From the human T2T-CHM13v2.0 reference genome, Homo sapiens, in NCBI RefSeq assembly GCF_009914755.1, contig NC_060925.1: a stretch of 64,000 nt of DNA; one strand, 5' to 3'. A program made the position numbers and the translations under genes. The notes beneath the pieces were generated by a model, which was not told the origin of the DNA, searched no databases, and saw only the letters and a list, made by a program, of their open reading frames with translations. Below, piece after piece: positions 40,901 through 57,942 of the stretch (position 1 is its first letter; every line of letters begins with the position of its first letter).

Positions 40901-41704
40901 GCGGTAAAAGCCTTTCTCAGGAGTGAGAGCTACCAGGGGAGACAAAACGGGTTTGGTTTTGGAACCTGGAGGAAGAAGGCAAAATGAGAAGAGTCCACTG
41001 GCAGTGAGTCCCGGAGAGGCCCGCCTGCAGCAGCGTGGCATCTTCCGCACCCACTTCCTGCTCTTTCTCCCGTAGCCCTGCCCTAGTGTGGGTCCAGTGC
41101 AGAGCCTCTGGGGGCGGGGCCGTGCCCTGCAGGTGAGCGAGGAGCTGCTCGTGCGGAGCAGGCAGGGCTGTGTGGCAGCCGCGCTTGTTCCTGAGGATGA
41201 TTGAGCATCTCCATCCATCTGTTGTGAACGGACCGTCTTCCTTCCCTGCCAGTCTTGCACCTGCATATTCGTCACCTGCTGTTCTGGCCCAGCCTATTCA
41301 TCACACCGACTGGTCCCCCGCATCAATTTTCCCGCTCCCCCTGTTATCCAAACTTGCCTTGAACTCCACAGATTTTTCTCGGCATCCAGGACGAGACCTA
41401 CGGCAGCTAGGCCAGCCGAATGTTGTAGAAACAGAGATGCCCTGGCTTCCCCATTCAGAGCGGGAGCTGATAGCACTTGCTGCCCCAAGAAGGCTGAGCT
41501 GAGGGGTTTCCTCCACTTCACCCTGCGATGGGGAAATAGTGCAGAGGAGTTTGCGGGGAGGGAACACTTTCAGATTTACCCAGTTACTTTTATGTTTTCC
41601 CTGCAACTGAAGACTGATTCTTTTCTTAAACTTGCGTGCCTGTAACAATACTGCAATGAAAAGGAAAGTGACAAAATGACATTGGCATGTATTAGTAAAA
41701 AAAA

Positions 41705-42545
<841 letters not shown>

Positions 42546-42692
42546 TGGTAAGCAGGATAGGGGATATTTTTCTTGCTTAAATTTCATGGGATTATGTTTC
42601 ATAGTAAAGAAGATAAAACTTTTTTAAGGTAAACATGGACTATAGGTAGAAGGAAGTTAATAAGAGGAAAAAGAGTAACAAATTGCGGTTAA

Positions 42693-43050
<358 letters not shown>

Positions 43051-43261
43051 TGCTCAGTTTTGACCTAGCCATTGAGGGAGGCAGTGGGCACAGAGAGAAA
43101 AGAGCAGGAAGGCCTTCGTTAGTGAGGGGAGGCTCAGGCAGAGACGCATGTGCCAGTCGCTGGATTGGCGTGTGAGGAAAAAGAAGGGAAGAGAATTGAG
43201 GCTGGTGAGATAGGAAGTGAGGGAGGAGCTGGGGTTAGGACCCAATATTATATAACAGTAT

Positions 43262-43516
43262 TGCCTAGGCTGGAATGTAATGGCATGATCATAGCTCACT
43301 GAAGCCTTGAACTTCTGGGCTCAAGCGATCCTTCTGCCTTAGCCTCCCGAGTAGCTGGGACTACAGGCACGTGCCACCACACCTGGTGAGTTTTTTTGTA
43401 GAGACAGGGTCTCACTGTGTTTCCCAGGCTGGTCTCAAACTCTCGGCCTCAGGTCATCCTTCTGCCTTGCCTTCCCAAAGCATTGGAATTACAGACATGA
43501 ACCACGGCACCTGGCC
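43262..43516 (-). mobile_element. AluJ-like, tail-less
   Basis: Alu consensus. Confidence 0.88.
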
Positions 43517-43689
43517 CATGGAGCACAGAGAAACTCTGTTTGAGGAAGTTTACTCTCGGCTCTGTATTGAAACTGACTTGGCCTGGCAATAATAAGACCA
43601 GCCACAAAGATGGTCCTGCTGAGTCCGTCTTCAGGTGTGGGGGATCTGGGCCGGGTTGGTAGCAGTAGAGATGGAAATAGAAATGACAG

Positions 43690-44010
43690 CATATTTATGT
43701 AGACAGTTCTACAGTTTACAAAACACTATCACATAGTTGATTTTTTCACTATGACCCTAGTATGTAGTGGGCAGGTTAATGAATATTAGTTGATTTTTTC
43801 GCTGTGACCCTAGTATGTAGTGGGCAGGTTAATGAATATTTGTTAAATGAATGAAAACATTATTTAATGAATCTCAGAGTGGCTCTTTTCTCCCATTTTA
43901 CATAGATGAAGAAATTGAGGTTTAGAAAGGCTAAGTTGAGCTAATACATGGCAGAAGTAGAACTAGAATCTATGTCTTCTGACCAAGATTCTTTGAACTA
44001 TACCACGTAC
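43690..44010 (-). mobile_element. MIR, interrupted by a tandem duplication
   Basis: cccattttacatagatgaagaaattgagg core. Confidence 0.7.
43734..43839. repeat. 53-bp tandem duplication x2
   Basis: tagttgattttttc(a/g)ct(a/g)tgaccctagtatgtagtgggcaggttaatgaatat at 43734 and 43787. Confidence 0.97.
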
Positions 44011-44119
44011 TTTCTGGAGAGGAAGGACAGAACCACAGACATGGCAGAAGAAAGAGTAAGCCATGCTCAGGAGGGTGTGTGTGGCAAAGGGATGGGCCAA
44101 AGATGACTCTCAGGGTTGC

Positions 44120-45085
44120 TTTTTTTGTGTTAAGCAGCTTTATTGAGGTGTAATTGACATACAGTAAACTACACATATTTAATGTGTGGTTTTAAAAAGT
44201 TATGACATATGTATAATTGGGAAACTATCATCACAATTAAGATAATGGACATGCCCAGCATCCCCAAAAGTTTCCTCCTACCCCTTGGTAATCCCTTCCT
44301 CCTGTGGTCCCCCCAACCCCCATATCCTGGTTTGCAAGTATGCATTGATCTGCTATCACTATAGATTAGCCTTTTTTTTTTCTTTTTCTTTTTCTGAGAC
44401 AGGATCTTACTCTGTCACCTAGGCTGGAGTGCAGTGGCGTGATTACGGTTCACTGCAGCCTTGACCTCCCCGGGATCAAGTGATCCTCCCATCGCAGCCT
44501 CCCAGGTAGCTGGGCCACAGGCACACGCCACCAAACCCGGCTAATTTTTTTTGTATTTTGGGGAGATAGGGTTTCACCATGTTGCCCAGGCTGGTCTCGA
44601 TCTCCTGGGCTCAAGTGATCTGCCCACCTTGGCCTCCCAAAGTGCTGGGATTACAGGTGCAAACTACTGTGCCTGGCCCTAGTTTGCATTTTGTAGAAAT
44701 TTATATAAATGGAATTATACAGTGTGTAATTTTTTTTGTTCTGGCTTTTCCACTCAGCATAATTACTTTGAAGTTTGGCCATGTTGTTGTATATACTAGT
44801 GGTTCATTCCTTTTTATTGCTGAATACTATTCCATTATATGGCTATACTACCTGTTGATGGACATTTGGGTTGTTTTCAGATTTTGGATATTAAAAATAA
44901 AGGTGCTGTCAATATTTATAAGTTTTTGTAGGGACATATAATTTCTTTTGGGTACATACTTTAGGATGGAATGGCTGGATCATATAATAGGTGTGTGTTT
45001 AACATTTTAAGAAACTTCTCAACTGTTTTTGAAAGTTGTTATACCATTTTACATTCTCACCAGTCATGTATGAGTGTACCAGCAT
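44120..45085 (-). mobile_element. L1M (L1MB/MC-like) 3' end interrupted by an Alu
   Basis: cagctttattgaggtgtaattgacatac…gatggacatttgggttg…ttgttataccattttacattctcaccag. Confidence 0.85.
44372..44678 (-). mobile_element. AluJ-like
   Basis: Alu consensus. Confidence 0.92.
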
Positions 45086-45204
45086 TTTGAGCCTGGAGAA
45101 TAGGAAGATGAAGGTGACAAATTTTCTAGTAATGAAGCCACTTGACTTTGGAAATATTCTTAAGAGTGACTAAATAATAGGTCATGTTTGGACTACTTCA
45201 GCTT

Positions 45205-45755
45205 TAGAGGCAACAGTGCATAAACTATCTGGGTTTGAATCCTAGCTTCACCACTCTTTAGCTGTGTGGTCCTGCATAAAATACTTAACTTCGTGGTACA
45301 TTGGTTTCTTTATCTGTAAAATGGGATTAATGATAATATTTACTGCAAAAAATTATTGTAAGAATTAAATGAAAATTGGCTGGGTGCGGTGGCTCAAGCC
45401 TGTAATCCCAACACTTTGGGAGACTGAGACAGAAGGATTGCTTTAGATGGAAGGGTTGAGACCAGCCTAGACAACACAGTGAGATCCTGTCTCTACAAAA
45501 AAAATTAAAAATTAGCTGGGCGTGGTGGCGCATGCCTGTGGTTCCAGCTACTTGAGAGGCTAAGGCAGGAGGATTGCTTGAGCCTTGGAGTTTGAGCTTA
45601 CAGGGAGCTATGATTGTGCCACTGCACTGTAGCCTGGGTGACAGAGCAAGACACTGTCTCAAAAAAAAAGATTGAGGAGGGGGTAGAATTAAATGAAAAT
45701 GATATGGAAAGTGCTTAGCAGAGTGTCTGGCACCAAAATAAGGGCTTAATTGATG
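45205..45755 (+). mobile_element. MIR split by an Alu
   Basis: ctgggtttgaatcctagct…tatctgtaaaatgggat…aaagtgcttagcagagtgtctggcac. Confidence 0.8.
45378..45669 (+). mobile_element. AluJ-like
   Basis: Alu consensus; TSD agaattaaatgaaaat. Confidence 0.92.
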
Positions 45756-45886
45756 ACAACAATCATCAATAGTATATGTTCTCTTAGAAGATATATTCTT
45801 AATGGGCTATAGTCAGTTTGCTGTAATTGTATCATAAGAATTCGTGCATCAGGAACCTCTAGGAATTTTGAGCAGAGAGGGATTTA

Positions 45887-46535
<649 letters not shown>

Positions 46536-47069
46536 TTAGGCACTTACTCACTTATTGAAAAGGCTAGGAGGGTAGACCCAAGGTTAGGCCTTCAGGAATG
46601 ACTGCCAGATAATTTGCCAGGGTAGGTGCTACCTCTGTCCTGATCAAGCAGTGGGGAATCAAGAGGCTGTCACTGGAGCTGTGGAGCTCAAGTGCATGTC
46701 CTTGCAGCTGTGATCCAGGGACCAAGAAGTTGCTGCTGCCCCCACTGCAAGTGTTGTGTGACACCTGGAAAAGCAACGACAGGACATTGGAATGTGGGCT
46801 TGGCTTCTACTTCTGTGAAGATTGGCTCTTGACCCCCATGAAGCTGGAGACTGGACATTACAATAGGAAACCTCAGTGTTTCCAATATCCTGCCTGCCCA
46901 TCTGCTGATATTTGCAGCAATCAAAAGCAGCAAGAACAGCAGTCCTCTGCCTTATTTCCACTTTCCAAATTGTCCATGAGTGCACCTAATTGGTGGTACC
47001 TAATTCCCATCCAGAACTCTAGCTGCCATGGAGGGAAGCATTTTGTGCAATATGGCGCAAATTATGGGT

Positions 47070-47378
47070 GCGTTAGTCCCCGCCTTAACCACGGAGGAGA
47101 CGTTCCAAGACCTCCAGTGGATGCCTGAAACCTCGGCTAGTACCGAACTCTGTATGTACTATGTTTTTCTTATGCTTGCATACCTTTGGTAAAGTTTAAT
47201 TTATAAGTTAGGTACACTAAGAGATTAACAGTGTTAACTAATAATAAAATTGAACAGTTAAAACAATATACTGTCATAAAAGTAATGTGAATGGACTCAC
47301 CACCTCTCCCAAATTATCTTATTTTCAGGTAACTGAGACTGCAAAAAGCAAAACCACAGATAAAGGGAGACTTCTGTG
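47070..47378. mobile_element. MER44A-like (Tigger7 family) MITE
   Basis: tagtccccgcctt…gttccaagacctccagtggatgcctgaaacc…gataaagggagacttctg. Confidence 0.8.
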
Positions 47379-47548
47379 TATATGTGACAGAAGGATACTT
47401 TTATGCTTTTTTAGTCTATTATTATTTTTTTAGAAGACTTGGGCCTTTGTTAGCAACTGTAATGATATACTTCCAGTTTGTCCAAGAGATAAATATTGAT
47501 GTATTCTGTATCATCACTGGCTTTCGAGATGATTTTAAGAAAACTTGT

Positions 47549-47888
<340 letters not shown>

Positions 47889-49228
47889 TTAGGGATGGAA
47901 GTTCTTTTAATGAGATTTATCTGCTAAGGGTAGACAAGAGAGTTTCCACCAAAGGGACTACATGATATGCGGGCTTATTGGAACTGTTGGAAAATGTTAG
48001 AAGCAGGGATTTTTGAAACTTAACATAAGGTATAACATAAGGCAATCTCTACTGAAAAACATTTTATGTTGATTGGACTGTAATTAGAAAGATTTAAAAA
48101 TAACTTTGGATAGTATTCATTAATTTACCAATCCATTGTTACATTCAACACTTTCGAGCTGATGTCTTTTAAAAATCTAAGTTTATCTGTTGGGGGGTGG
48201 TGTATGAATTAGTGTATCTGTAATTGTATGAATACGGAGTATTCTTATCTTTGTATGTGATGGTGTGCTTCTATTTTAAATTTATTTTTAACTATAGATA
48301 GGCTTGCTAGGTTGGTCATTCCACAGCTTGGTCTTCTTTCCGTTTTTGAAGTAAAGGTAACTCACTAATGGTCCTCAGTAAACAGAGTGATGGGGCAAGC
48401 TGACTTATATTTCAATTGTTCTGAGAATTGAACAACTCTACTAATGTTTCCTTTCCAACTTCAAACATACCTGTTCAGTTTCTTCAACATCCTGATAGGA
48501 GCTGATCTCCTCAGAACTCTCCCCTCTCATCAGACAGAGGACTTGGGCATGCTCTAATCTCTTACTGTTAATTATTCTTTTTAGTTTTAAAGCCCTTTAA
48601 AGTAATCTTTCTGTAATTAGATTGTTGAGTAGATTGTCTTTAGTAATATGGTGGTCTTAAATTTTGTGTGGATTTTCAGATTGTTAAATGGTTGCAGAGG
48701 CTTTCATTCATGAAGTTCAAGTTTACTATATCATGGTATGTCAGGAAAAAAAAAATCATGACCCTCTGTGATAAATTAAATATCACAACCACGTAAATGT
48801 CATCTTTTCAATGAAACTGAAAGTGCATAGGAATGGGACTCTTTTTCAGTCTGTTTTGGCTTTAAGCTGTAAGAAAAATATTTTAACACTGACAGTAGTA
48901 AACCTATGAAGCTAAAGAACAAAGCCATACTCTCCCCAGCTTTATAAGTCACACGCGGAATTGTGAATTAAATTATTCTAATTGCAAAATTTGGGGTCTT
49001 GGCCGAAAGAACACAGGTTGAATTTGAAGAAGAGGCAGCTAGAAAAATCGGTGTAACTTTTACATGAAGATAATTTGCACAGAATGTAATTGAAAGAGAA
49101 TAAATATGGAGCTCCATGATGTCCTCTTTGAGTCTATTTCTCATATTTACTTACATTTTTTTTTCCCAATCAAAGGCTCTCCTTTAGGCAGTCCTGAAAA
49201 GAGGAGACACAGTGCTGAAATAGAAATA

Positions 49229-49448
49229 AAGGTTAAGTATCTCCGATCCAAAATGCTTGGGACCAGAAATGTTTCAGTTTGGATTTTTTCAGATTTTGGA
49301 ATATTTGCAGAATATTGTGTTGGTTGAACATCCCTATTCCAAAATCCTCCAATGAGCATTTCCTTTGAATGTCATGTTGGCACTCAAAACGTTTCAGATT
49401 TTGGATTATTTTGGATTTCAGATTTTTGGATCAGGGATGCTCAACCTG
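49229..49448 (+). mobile_element. Tigger4a (MER46A) MITE, second copy
   Basis: Homologous to 26200-26446; ends gggatgctcaacctg|TA. Confidence 0.85.
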
Positions 49449-49542
49449 TAACAGGCAGAAATAATAGAAAATAACAGAAATAACATAAAATAGCACTGTT
49501 CTTTGGAAGATCTTAGTACCTTATTTGGAAAGATTTTTACTA

Positions 49543-49930
49543 TTCATTCATCCACCACCCATCCATCCATCCATCCATCTTTCCATCCAACAAGTATTTA
49601 TTGAGTGCATGTATCTTACAAGGCATGGTGCTGGCCCTGGGAGTGAGGATGTAATGTTACCATTTACATAAAACAAACAGAGGCCTGGGGTGGAAGCAGA
49701 CTCCACAGAAATATGAACAAACAAGCAAAATACAGATAAGCAAGGTGCTGTGAGAGAGAATAATGGAGAGGGTGGGGTAGGTTTGCATTGGGAAGGTTGC
49801 TGAGACCAGAAGAATGATAAGTGGTTCTGTGAAGAATGAGAATCCCGGGCAGAAAGGACAGCAAGCTCTCAAAGACTCCAAGGCAGGAAAGGAGCTTGAT
49901 TTGATCTAGGAACTCCTGCAGCAGTGAGTG
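49543..49930 (-). mobile_element. L2 3' fragment with (CATC)n tail
   Basis: catccatcc…caacaagtatttattgagtgc. Confidence 0.75.
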
Positions 49931-51436
49931 AAAATGAGAGTGACATTTTATAGCTTCCATCTGGAGACACCATGGAAAATAAAAGTTCTATTCTCCCAGT
50001 CTAGAATTGTCCATGTCAGCTGTGACCAAGTTCAGCTCTGTTCACCAAGCATTCCTCATCTGCTGTTTGCCAAGTGCTATGCTAAGTGCACTGGGGACAT
50101 AAATGGTCCACACCCTTAGAGAACTTGGTGATGAGGCTGTAGAAGCTACTAGTAATACAGATGTTTTAATTTACAGGCAAGCCTGAGATGATACGGTACA
50201 GACTGTATAATAGCCACTGGCATGTGTATTTTGCTTTACAGCTTAAAAGCATTCACACATACATTTGCCCATTTAATTTTCATGGTAACCTAAGTCATTT
50301 CCTCAAAAAGTGTAAACATGGGCTTATGAGACATATGGAAGCCCACCCAATTTGAGGAGCAGGGTCTCTGTCATCACTGAGTTGAATTTCAGGGTGTAGT
50401 CTGCGCCTGTGCTCTCCCCTTGAAGAATCACATTATAGAAAATGAAATCTAGAATGACTACAGAGGTTACTTAGTTCGTCTATACCTTTTCATATACATT
50501 TCAGTAATTATTTTGCTACATAGGAAGTGAATTTAATTTGGAGTTTTTCCTGCTGCCTTCCATGAGGGCTTTCATCCTAAGCCCCATTCTTGTGTGTGAG
50601 AAGAGGAAGTCTTGGGCTTGAGTGTGGCTCTAAAGTAAATGCCGTTGACTTTGTTGTTCTGTATGGACGCTTTTATCAGGACAATAAAGGGTACATAGGG
50701 TGACCTCTGCTCCTGTGGAGAGGTCGAATGGTTACATTACACAATCTTCTAGAGCATCTTGCAGCAAATACATGGGTTATATTAAAAATTGCAATCATAT
50801 CATTTTTTATAGTAAATTGCTGACCTTCTGCAGCGGAATCAGCTTTATTGAATTTCGCCAAAAATGTGTTTATAATTCTGCCATACACACATGATATTCA
50901 TGTCCTTGCTGTCCATGTGGAAATGTCCCTTTTTATAATGTTAAACAAATTAAATCGACTTCCTCCTGAGCTTCCATGCCTCACCTTTAAGATCCATTCT
51001 CAGGAGTCGAACCTCCATGAAGCCGAGCTCATCTCCATTAGCGTGGATGTCATTACACAGCGCGCTGGAGGCTGGTGCATTAGGCAGCTTTATCCCAGCA
51101 GCACGGATTCGGCTTGGAGATTCTTTAGAGGTGACTCCAGGGCAGTAAATGTTTTTCACGCATACTGCCTGAACACTAACAAGGCCTTACCATAATTACT
51201 CTGTTTGTTTTGGGGAAATGGTAGGTATTTGTTTAAAAGGATTTTGTGGTGAACCAAGAATATACATGTGTAGTTAGTTCTCGCTATTCACTTGTGAATG
51301 ATGCATTGTAGAAGTTTTATCTTATACCAATTTTTCTTTAATTTTCTGCAGCTCTACTTCCCTTCCAACCAGTTTGGTATCAGGGATGCAAACTAATTTT
51401 AATGTTAGCCTAACAAAAATACAATCAGAAAGTTAT

Positions 51437-51768
<332 letters not shown>

Positions 51769-51777
51769 CTATCTCCG

Positions 51778-52067
51778 GGCTGGGTGTGGTGGCTCATGCC
51801 AGTAATACCAGCACTTTGGGAGGCCGAGACGGGCAAATCACGAGGTCAGGAGTTCAAGACCAGCCTGGCCAATGTGGTGAAACTCCATCTCTACTAAAAA
51901 TACAAAAATTAGCTGGGCGTGGTGGCGGACGCCTGTAATCCCAGTTACTCAGGAGGCTGAGGCAGGAGAATCGTTTGAACCTGGGAGGCGGAGTTTACAG
52001 TGATCTGAGATCACGCCATTGTACTCCAGCCTGGGCAACAGGGCAAGACTCCGTCTCAAAAAAAAAA
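51778..52067 (+). mobile_element. AluSg-like
   Basis: Alu consensus. Confidence 0.92.
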
Positions 52068-52199
52068 TCTGCTTTTTAGATTCATTTACTCTAAGTTTGT
52101 TCATGCCTGTTATCTATATATTTATATCTATGTTTGTATCAATTGTTGGTTCCCAGTTTAGCACATAGAGGCAGTATGATTCACTGGAAAAATCCTCTA

Positions 52200-52990
52200 T
52201 CCATTTACTAATTATTAAATATCCATTTCCTTCATGTGCCAACATTTGTGCTAAACATAAAAATACAAAAATAAGATTTAATATTTGTAGTTTAGTGGGG
52301 TTCCATGATATATAAACAGATGTGGTGTGGGTGATAAAATATTATAGGTGCTATAATAGGTATCTGAGCGGAGGCCTGGGGGGAGAGCGATCAGTTTTGT
52401 GGTAGGGGAGGAGAACTAGTGGCGAAGAGGTTAAAAAGGTGCCTCCATTCATGGAGGAGGTCCCCTTTATCCGAGCCCTGCAAGAGGATTAGTTGTTTTT
52501 AAGGTCTGAAGCGGATTGGTGACTTTTGTCCATGCAGAGGATGTGATGGGGCATAGCCACTAAGGCGAGAGATCGAGGAGACAGCTTGGAAAGGTGGGCA
52601 AAGGTGGGATCAGGGAAGACCTGGCATGTGTTACCTCAAGAGTGTGGATTTTGTTATGTGGACAGTGGGGAAACCACGGAAAAGTTGTATGTGGAATAAT
52701 AAGTTTCATGCTAGCGTTTTAGAAAACTCTCTCAAAGGTAGGGCGGGCATTTAGGAGAGGGGAATGATGGATGAACCAGGGCAGTTATTACGGGGATGGA
52801 GAGGATGGATTAGAGAGTGAGGAAGCAGAATCTCCTGGGAATTGGTGGCTGAATGGATGCAAGAGTGAAGAAGAGGGAAGAGTCTGGGCTCACTGTCCAA
52901 ATTTTTGGCTTAGGGAGCTGGTGTGGAGGATAGCAGATGAAAGAGTAGACCAGGAGTGAGAGACGCTGTGAAGAGAGAAGGCCCAGAGGG
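52200..52990 (-). mobile_element. Degraded L2 fragment
   Basis: GA-rich L2-like motifs (ggacagtggggaaaccac…gaagagggaagagtctggg). Confidence 0.55.
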
Positions 52991-53613
52991 AGGTGCGGGG
53001 GACCCTGTCACGTGGTTAGTGGTTGGCCAGAGGCGGATGCCCCACAGTCAGGCAGTGGCGCTGGCTTCTGCCTTTCAAAGTCGCTTCTACAGGGTGACCG
53101 TTAAGCTTGTTCTTTGACGCCGACATTGTTAAGTGGTTTCACTGAAATTTGAGACTCTCTGAAGAAAGGGAAGATGGCATTTATGAAGCAAGTGTTATTT
53201 TATCTGGAAATGATTTCTTAGGGGTAAGCCTGTCACTCTGCCTCTGGTAAAGTCTGCAAGAAGAGAAGGTCCCACTGATTTGGGTCATGGTCAGAGTGGG
53301 CCGCTACTCCCACCTTCCACTGAAAACTCAGCTTCCAGAAAGCTCCTCTTCACTCCTTTGTCATCTGTTTCCTCATCTGCTCTTCCCTGAGTTTGTCCTT
53401 CTCTGTTATATCTGCATGTGTTTCCACTGATCTGCTTGTGACAGTCAACCTGTTTGCTGATCTGGCCTCGGCAATTTTCAGGGCTTCCCTGCACACCTGT
53501 GACATGACGGTTAGTTCCCTGACCTTGCATGCACCTCGGTTTTCTGGTAGCAGATGGTCTTTGTGGTACCTTTACTCTTACAAATCAGTGGAGTCAGAAG
53601 TTTACAAAATGTG

Positions 53614-54009
<396 letters not shown>

Positions 54010-54317
54010 TTAACTGACTTCCTGGGAGATCCCAGAGCACACGCAGAGTCATTGAACTCCATGATACTCATTCCAGGTCACCTTGAAGAGGCAGGGAGAA
54101 GGGCATTTTCGCTTCTTGAAGCTTCTGCTCCTCTGCCGGTTCAGCCTGATCTTAGAGCTCTCTTGGCATTGCAGCTGCAGTCAGGTTTTCCTTTTAAATG
54201 ACTGCAGCCTTCAGATGCCCACACAGTGCAGTCCAGATCTCATGCCTGGGGCTGAAGGTGGACCTGGTTTGGCGGTAAATTATGATCCACAGCTTTGAAA
54301 GCATATAGGCTGTATGC

Positions 54318-54539
54318 TTTTTTTTCTTTTTTTTTTTAAAGACAGAGCCTCACACTGTCACCCAGGCTGGAATACAGTGGCGCGATCTTGGCTCACTGCA
54401 ACCTCCATCTCCTGGGGCTCAAGTGATCTTCCCATCTCAGCCTCCTGAGTAGCTGGGATTACTGATGCGTACCACCATACACCCAGCTAATTTTTGTAGT
54501 TTTAGTAGAGATGGGGTTTTGCCATGTTTCCCAGGCTGG
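54318..54539 (-). mobile_element. 5'-truncated AluJb-like
   Basis: Alu consensus. Confidence 0.88.
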
Positions 54540-55243
54540 CTGTACACCTTTTAAAAATAAAGCCTATCTGAAAGCAAGTTGCTTCTCTAGAGGCATCTTC
54601 CTCAGTCTGCTTTTGTCCAGCCTTCCCGTGGAAAGCAGCCTTCTTCTTGATCTGGGGCTGCAGTAAATCACATGCTGGCCATCGCGGGAACACATCCCAT
54701 CCCTTCCCAAAACCACCTGCAGGACTGACCCTACCCCCAAATAACACACCAACCTGCTGTGTTTTTTACTGACCATTCCTGTCCGGGATAGTCACTGTAG
54801 CAGTCTACTTTGGTGGGCTTTTACCTCTCCTATCTGCTTTTTTTTTAATTTACAAATTTTAAATTAAAAAAATTTAAATGAAAGGTTTGGACATTGAGTA
54901 TTGTTACCCACTCACTTCTGGTGACTCTTCAGACACTCACTCGAAGAGCCTTCCTTCTTCCCTACATACAGAGTCGGGGGGAGAGATGGGGAAAATGACG
55001 GAGGAAAACATGCTAAAAATGATTTTCAATGTAAAATAAGGGAGGGAAAAACGAATGTTTGAGGAAACCCAAAAAAAGCACCTCTCATTACAGTAATTAA
55101 ACCGCAGCGTTTAACCTATCAGAATGTGCTGCATATGTGAGAGACAAGCCAGGGAGCTCTGTGTTTGAAATTAGAGCTCTAATCCTCAGGGAAGAGAATA
55201 GTTAAATAATTTGTTTTTGAGGTGTGAGAGCAGAGCCGGCAAG

Positions 55244-55245
<2 letters not shown>

Positions 55246-55278
<33 letters not shown>
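55246..55278. repeat. (TG)n microsatellite
   Basis: TG run. Confidence 0.95.
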
Positions 55279-56389
55279 CATGCACCCGTGAGGGTGAGGG
55301 GCCGCAGTGCCTGTGTTTACCAAGAATACCCTGGAGGTAGATATTTATCAGCACCTGTGTGCTGTCAAGAAGCACACAAGCTGCTGTTGCCCGTTCATTA
55401 GGTTTTCAGAAGAGTCCGGGCCTCACCTGTGGCCGGGCGTTGCATCATAACAGCAGAACTTGCTTCATTCTGGCCCTCTGGGACACACAGGAATAGATTT
55501 GAGAGACAGGATGAGACATACAGAGAAAGACACAAGCATTAGGGGAGGAAGAAAGCCGAATGATCCTGGAGCATGTCCTTGGCGCAGGCACTGCTGGACA
55601 AAGCAGTCCATCTCGGTGGGCTGGCACTGCGGAGCCAGCGTGGACATTCCACCGAGCACGAGGCGAAAGGGGCAGCCCAGAGGCCTGCCACTGAAACCGC
55701 CTTCTGCAGGCACCGTCTGCCAGTGCTCAGCGCTGTTAGCAGGGCTCCTCCTCTGCTGGGATGAGGGGTTGGGATGACAGGAGTTCACAGTGTCCTGCCT
55801 GCCCCTTCAGCAGCATAACCTTTGTCTTTCTGGACTCCTGGCTGGAGCTGGTGATACTGTGAACATGCTGCCTCTCTGGAAGCTGCTCCATGTCTCCCTA
55901 TATCCCCAGAGCATGGCAGCTGTGATCAGAATTCCACAGGGTGGGGCTGATGAGGATCCATGCACATCCGTCCCTGTACCCCTCATTAGGGACTTGGGTT
56001 GGGGGGTGCCTATCTGCACGTGTTCTTTTTCCTCTCATGCACTTTGTCGGTCTCTGTGCAGGGTTTCTATTATACTAATAAGGAGCACTGGGGACGCTGG
56101 CGACAGTGTGATAATCGTCCCCTTGGAGGGCCAGAGGCAGTCGGTGTGCGCTGACCTCATCCTGGGGGAGTGCTGATGAAACTCTGGCTTGGCCTTACTG
56201 CCTGAGCACTGCGCCTGATGTGGAGGGTTAGGGGGCAGGGTTGCCGGGCTGTTTCTTCTACGGCTTCATTGTTACCAGCCATGCTTGTCTTTGGGGCATT
56301 TCATCAAAACTTCTTTAGTTTTGCTTAAGAACTTTAAAGAGCTGATGAGCCTAATGGAAACTTTTCAGTAATAACTCAGTACAGGAACA

Positions 56390-56570
56390 CACTTCACAAA
56401 TACCAGCTAATTAATCCTCAGAGCACCCTGGGGACAGGGGAGAGTATGGTAATGGCACTGGTGATTTTTATCCCCATTTTATAGACTGAGAGACTGAGGC
56501 ACCTGGAAGAATCTGTGACTTGGGCCAGAGGGAGGGCACAAATCTGGAAGCTGAGGTTAGAGTGCTTTGC
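56390..56570 (-). mobile_element. MIR
   Basis: atccccattttatagactgagagactgaggcac. Confidence 0.75.
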
Positions 56571-56886
56571 CTTTTGGCCTCTCTTGGGACTGTTGAGTCT
56601 TACCTTAAAGTCATTTGAGTAAGTCATTAAGTAAAGCCAGTCACCTTAGATTTTGCCTCTTCTCTCATCTTTCTTTTTTTTTTCCCTGCTTGATACTAGG
56701 TCTTGGATGTAACTGGTATCCATCAATACAGATCTCTAGCATCAATTTTAGTAACTGCCTTGTGTTCTGCTGAAAATATATGCCATAATTTATTGTAACC
56801 CAGTCCCCTTGATTATCTTCATTTTTCACAATTATAGCAACTCTTCTTTAAGTATCCTTGGGAAATAGGTATTACTTTTGTGATTA

Positions 56887-57237
<351 letters not shown>

Positions 57238-57750
57238 TTAAAGAAAATGGACTTGTTTTCATTTTAATGTACATTGCTAACCTGTGCTTTAAAAAGGTGA
57301 TTTCAGCTTACAGCCTCAACACCAGTTGGCCAGTGCCCCGAGCACAAGTCTCAAACTTCCACATTGTCAAGTTCACAGTTTCTTCCTTTGTCTAAGCATG
57401 GAAAACCCTTCCCCCACTGCAAGGGCATAGAACTATTTGCCTACCTTTTTTTTTTTTTAAATGATTTTAGTTTTCTTTTATGGAATTTGTGTTGTTGCTA
57501 GTTGCGTAACAGGGAATATAACTTTATTTTTTCCTGTTGACCAACTGGATAGTCTCAGCACCATTTATAGAACGATTTATTTCTTTCCCCACTGATTTGA
57601 CATGTCACCTTTTTCATCTGCTAAATTCTTAAATATACTGATGTGTGATCAGGGACATTCTATTCTCATTCATTGCTGTACTTGTCTGTTGTTGTGCTAA
57701 TGCTGCAATGTTTTTATTATTATAGATTTGTTACACACTGTATTTGTTAG

Positions 57751-57942
<192 letters not shown>

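Noticed and set aside
54840-54872. AT-rich palindrome tttttttaattta…taaattaaaaaaa
   Set aside because: Short and low-complexity; expected by chance.
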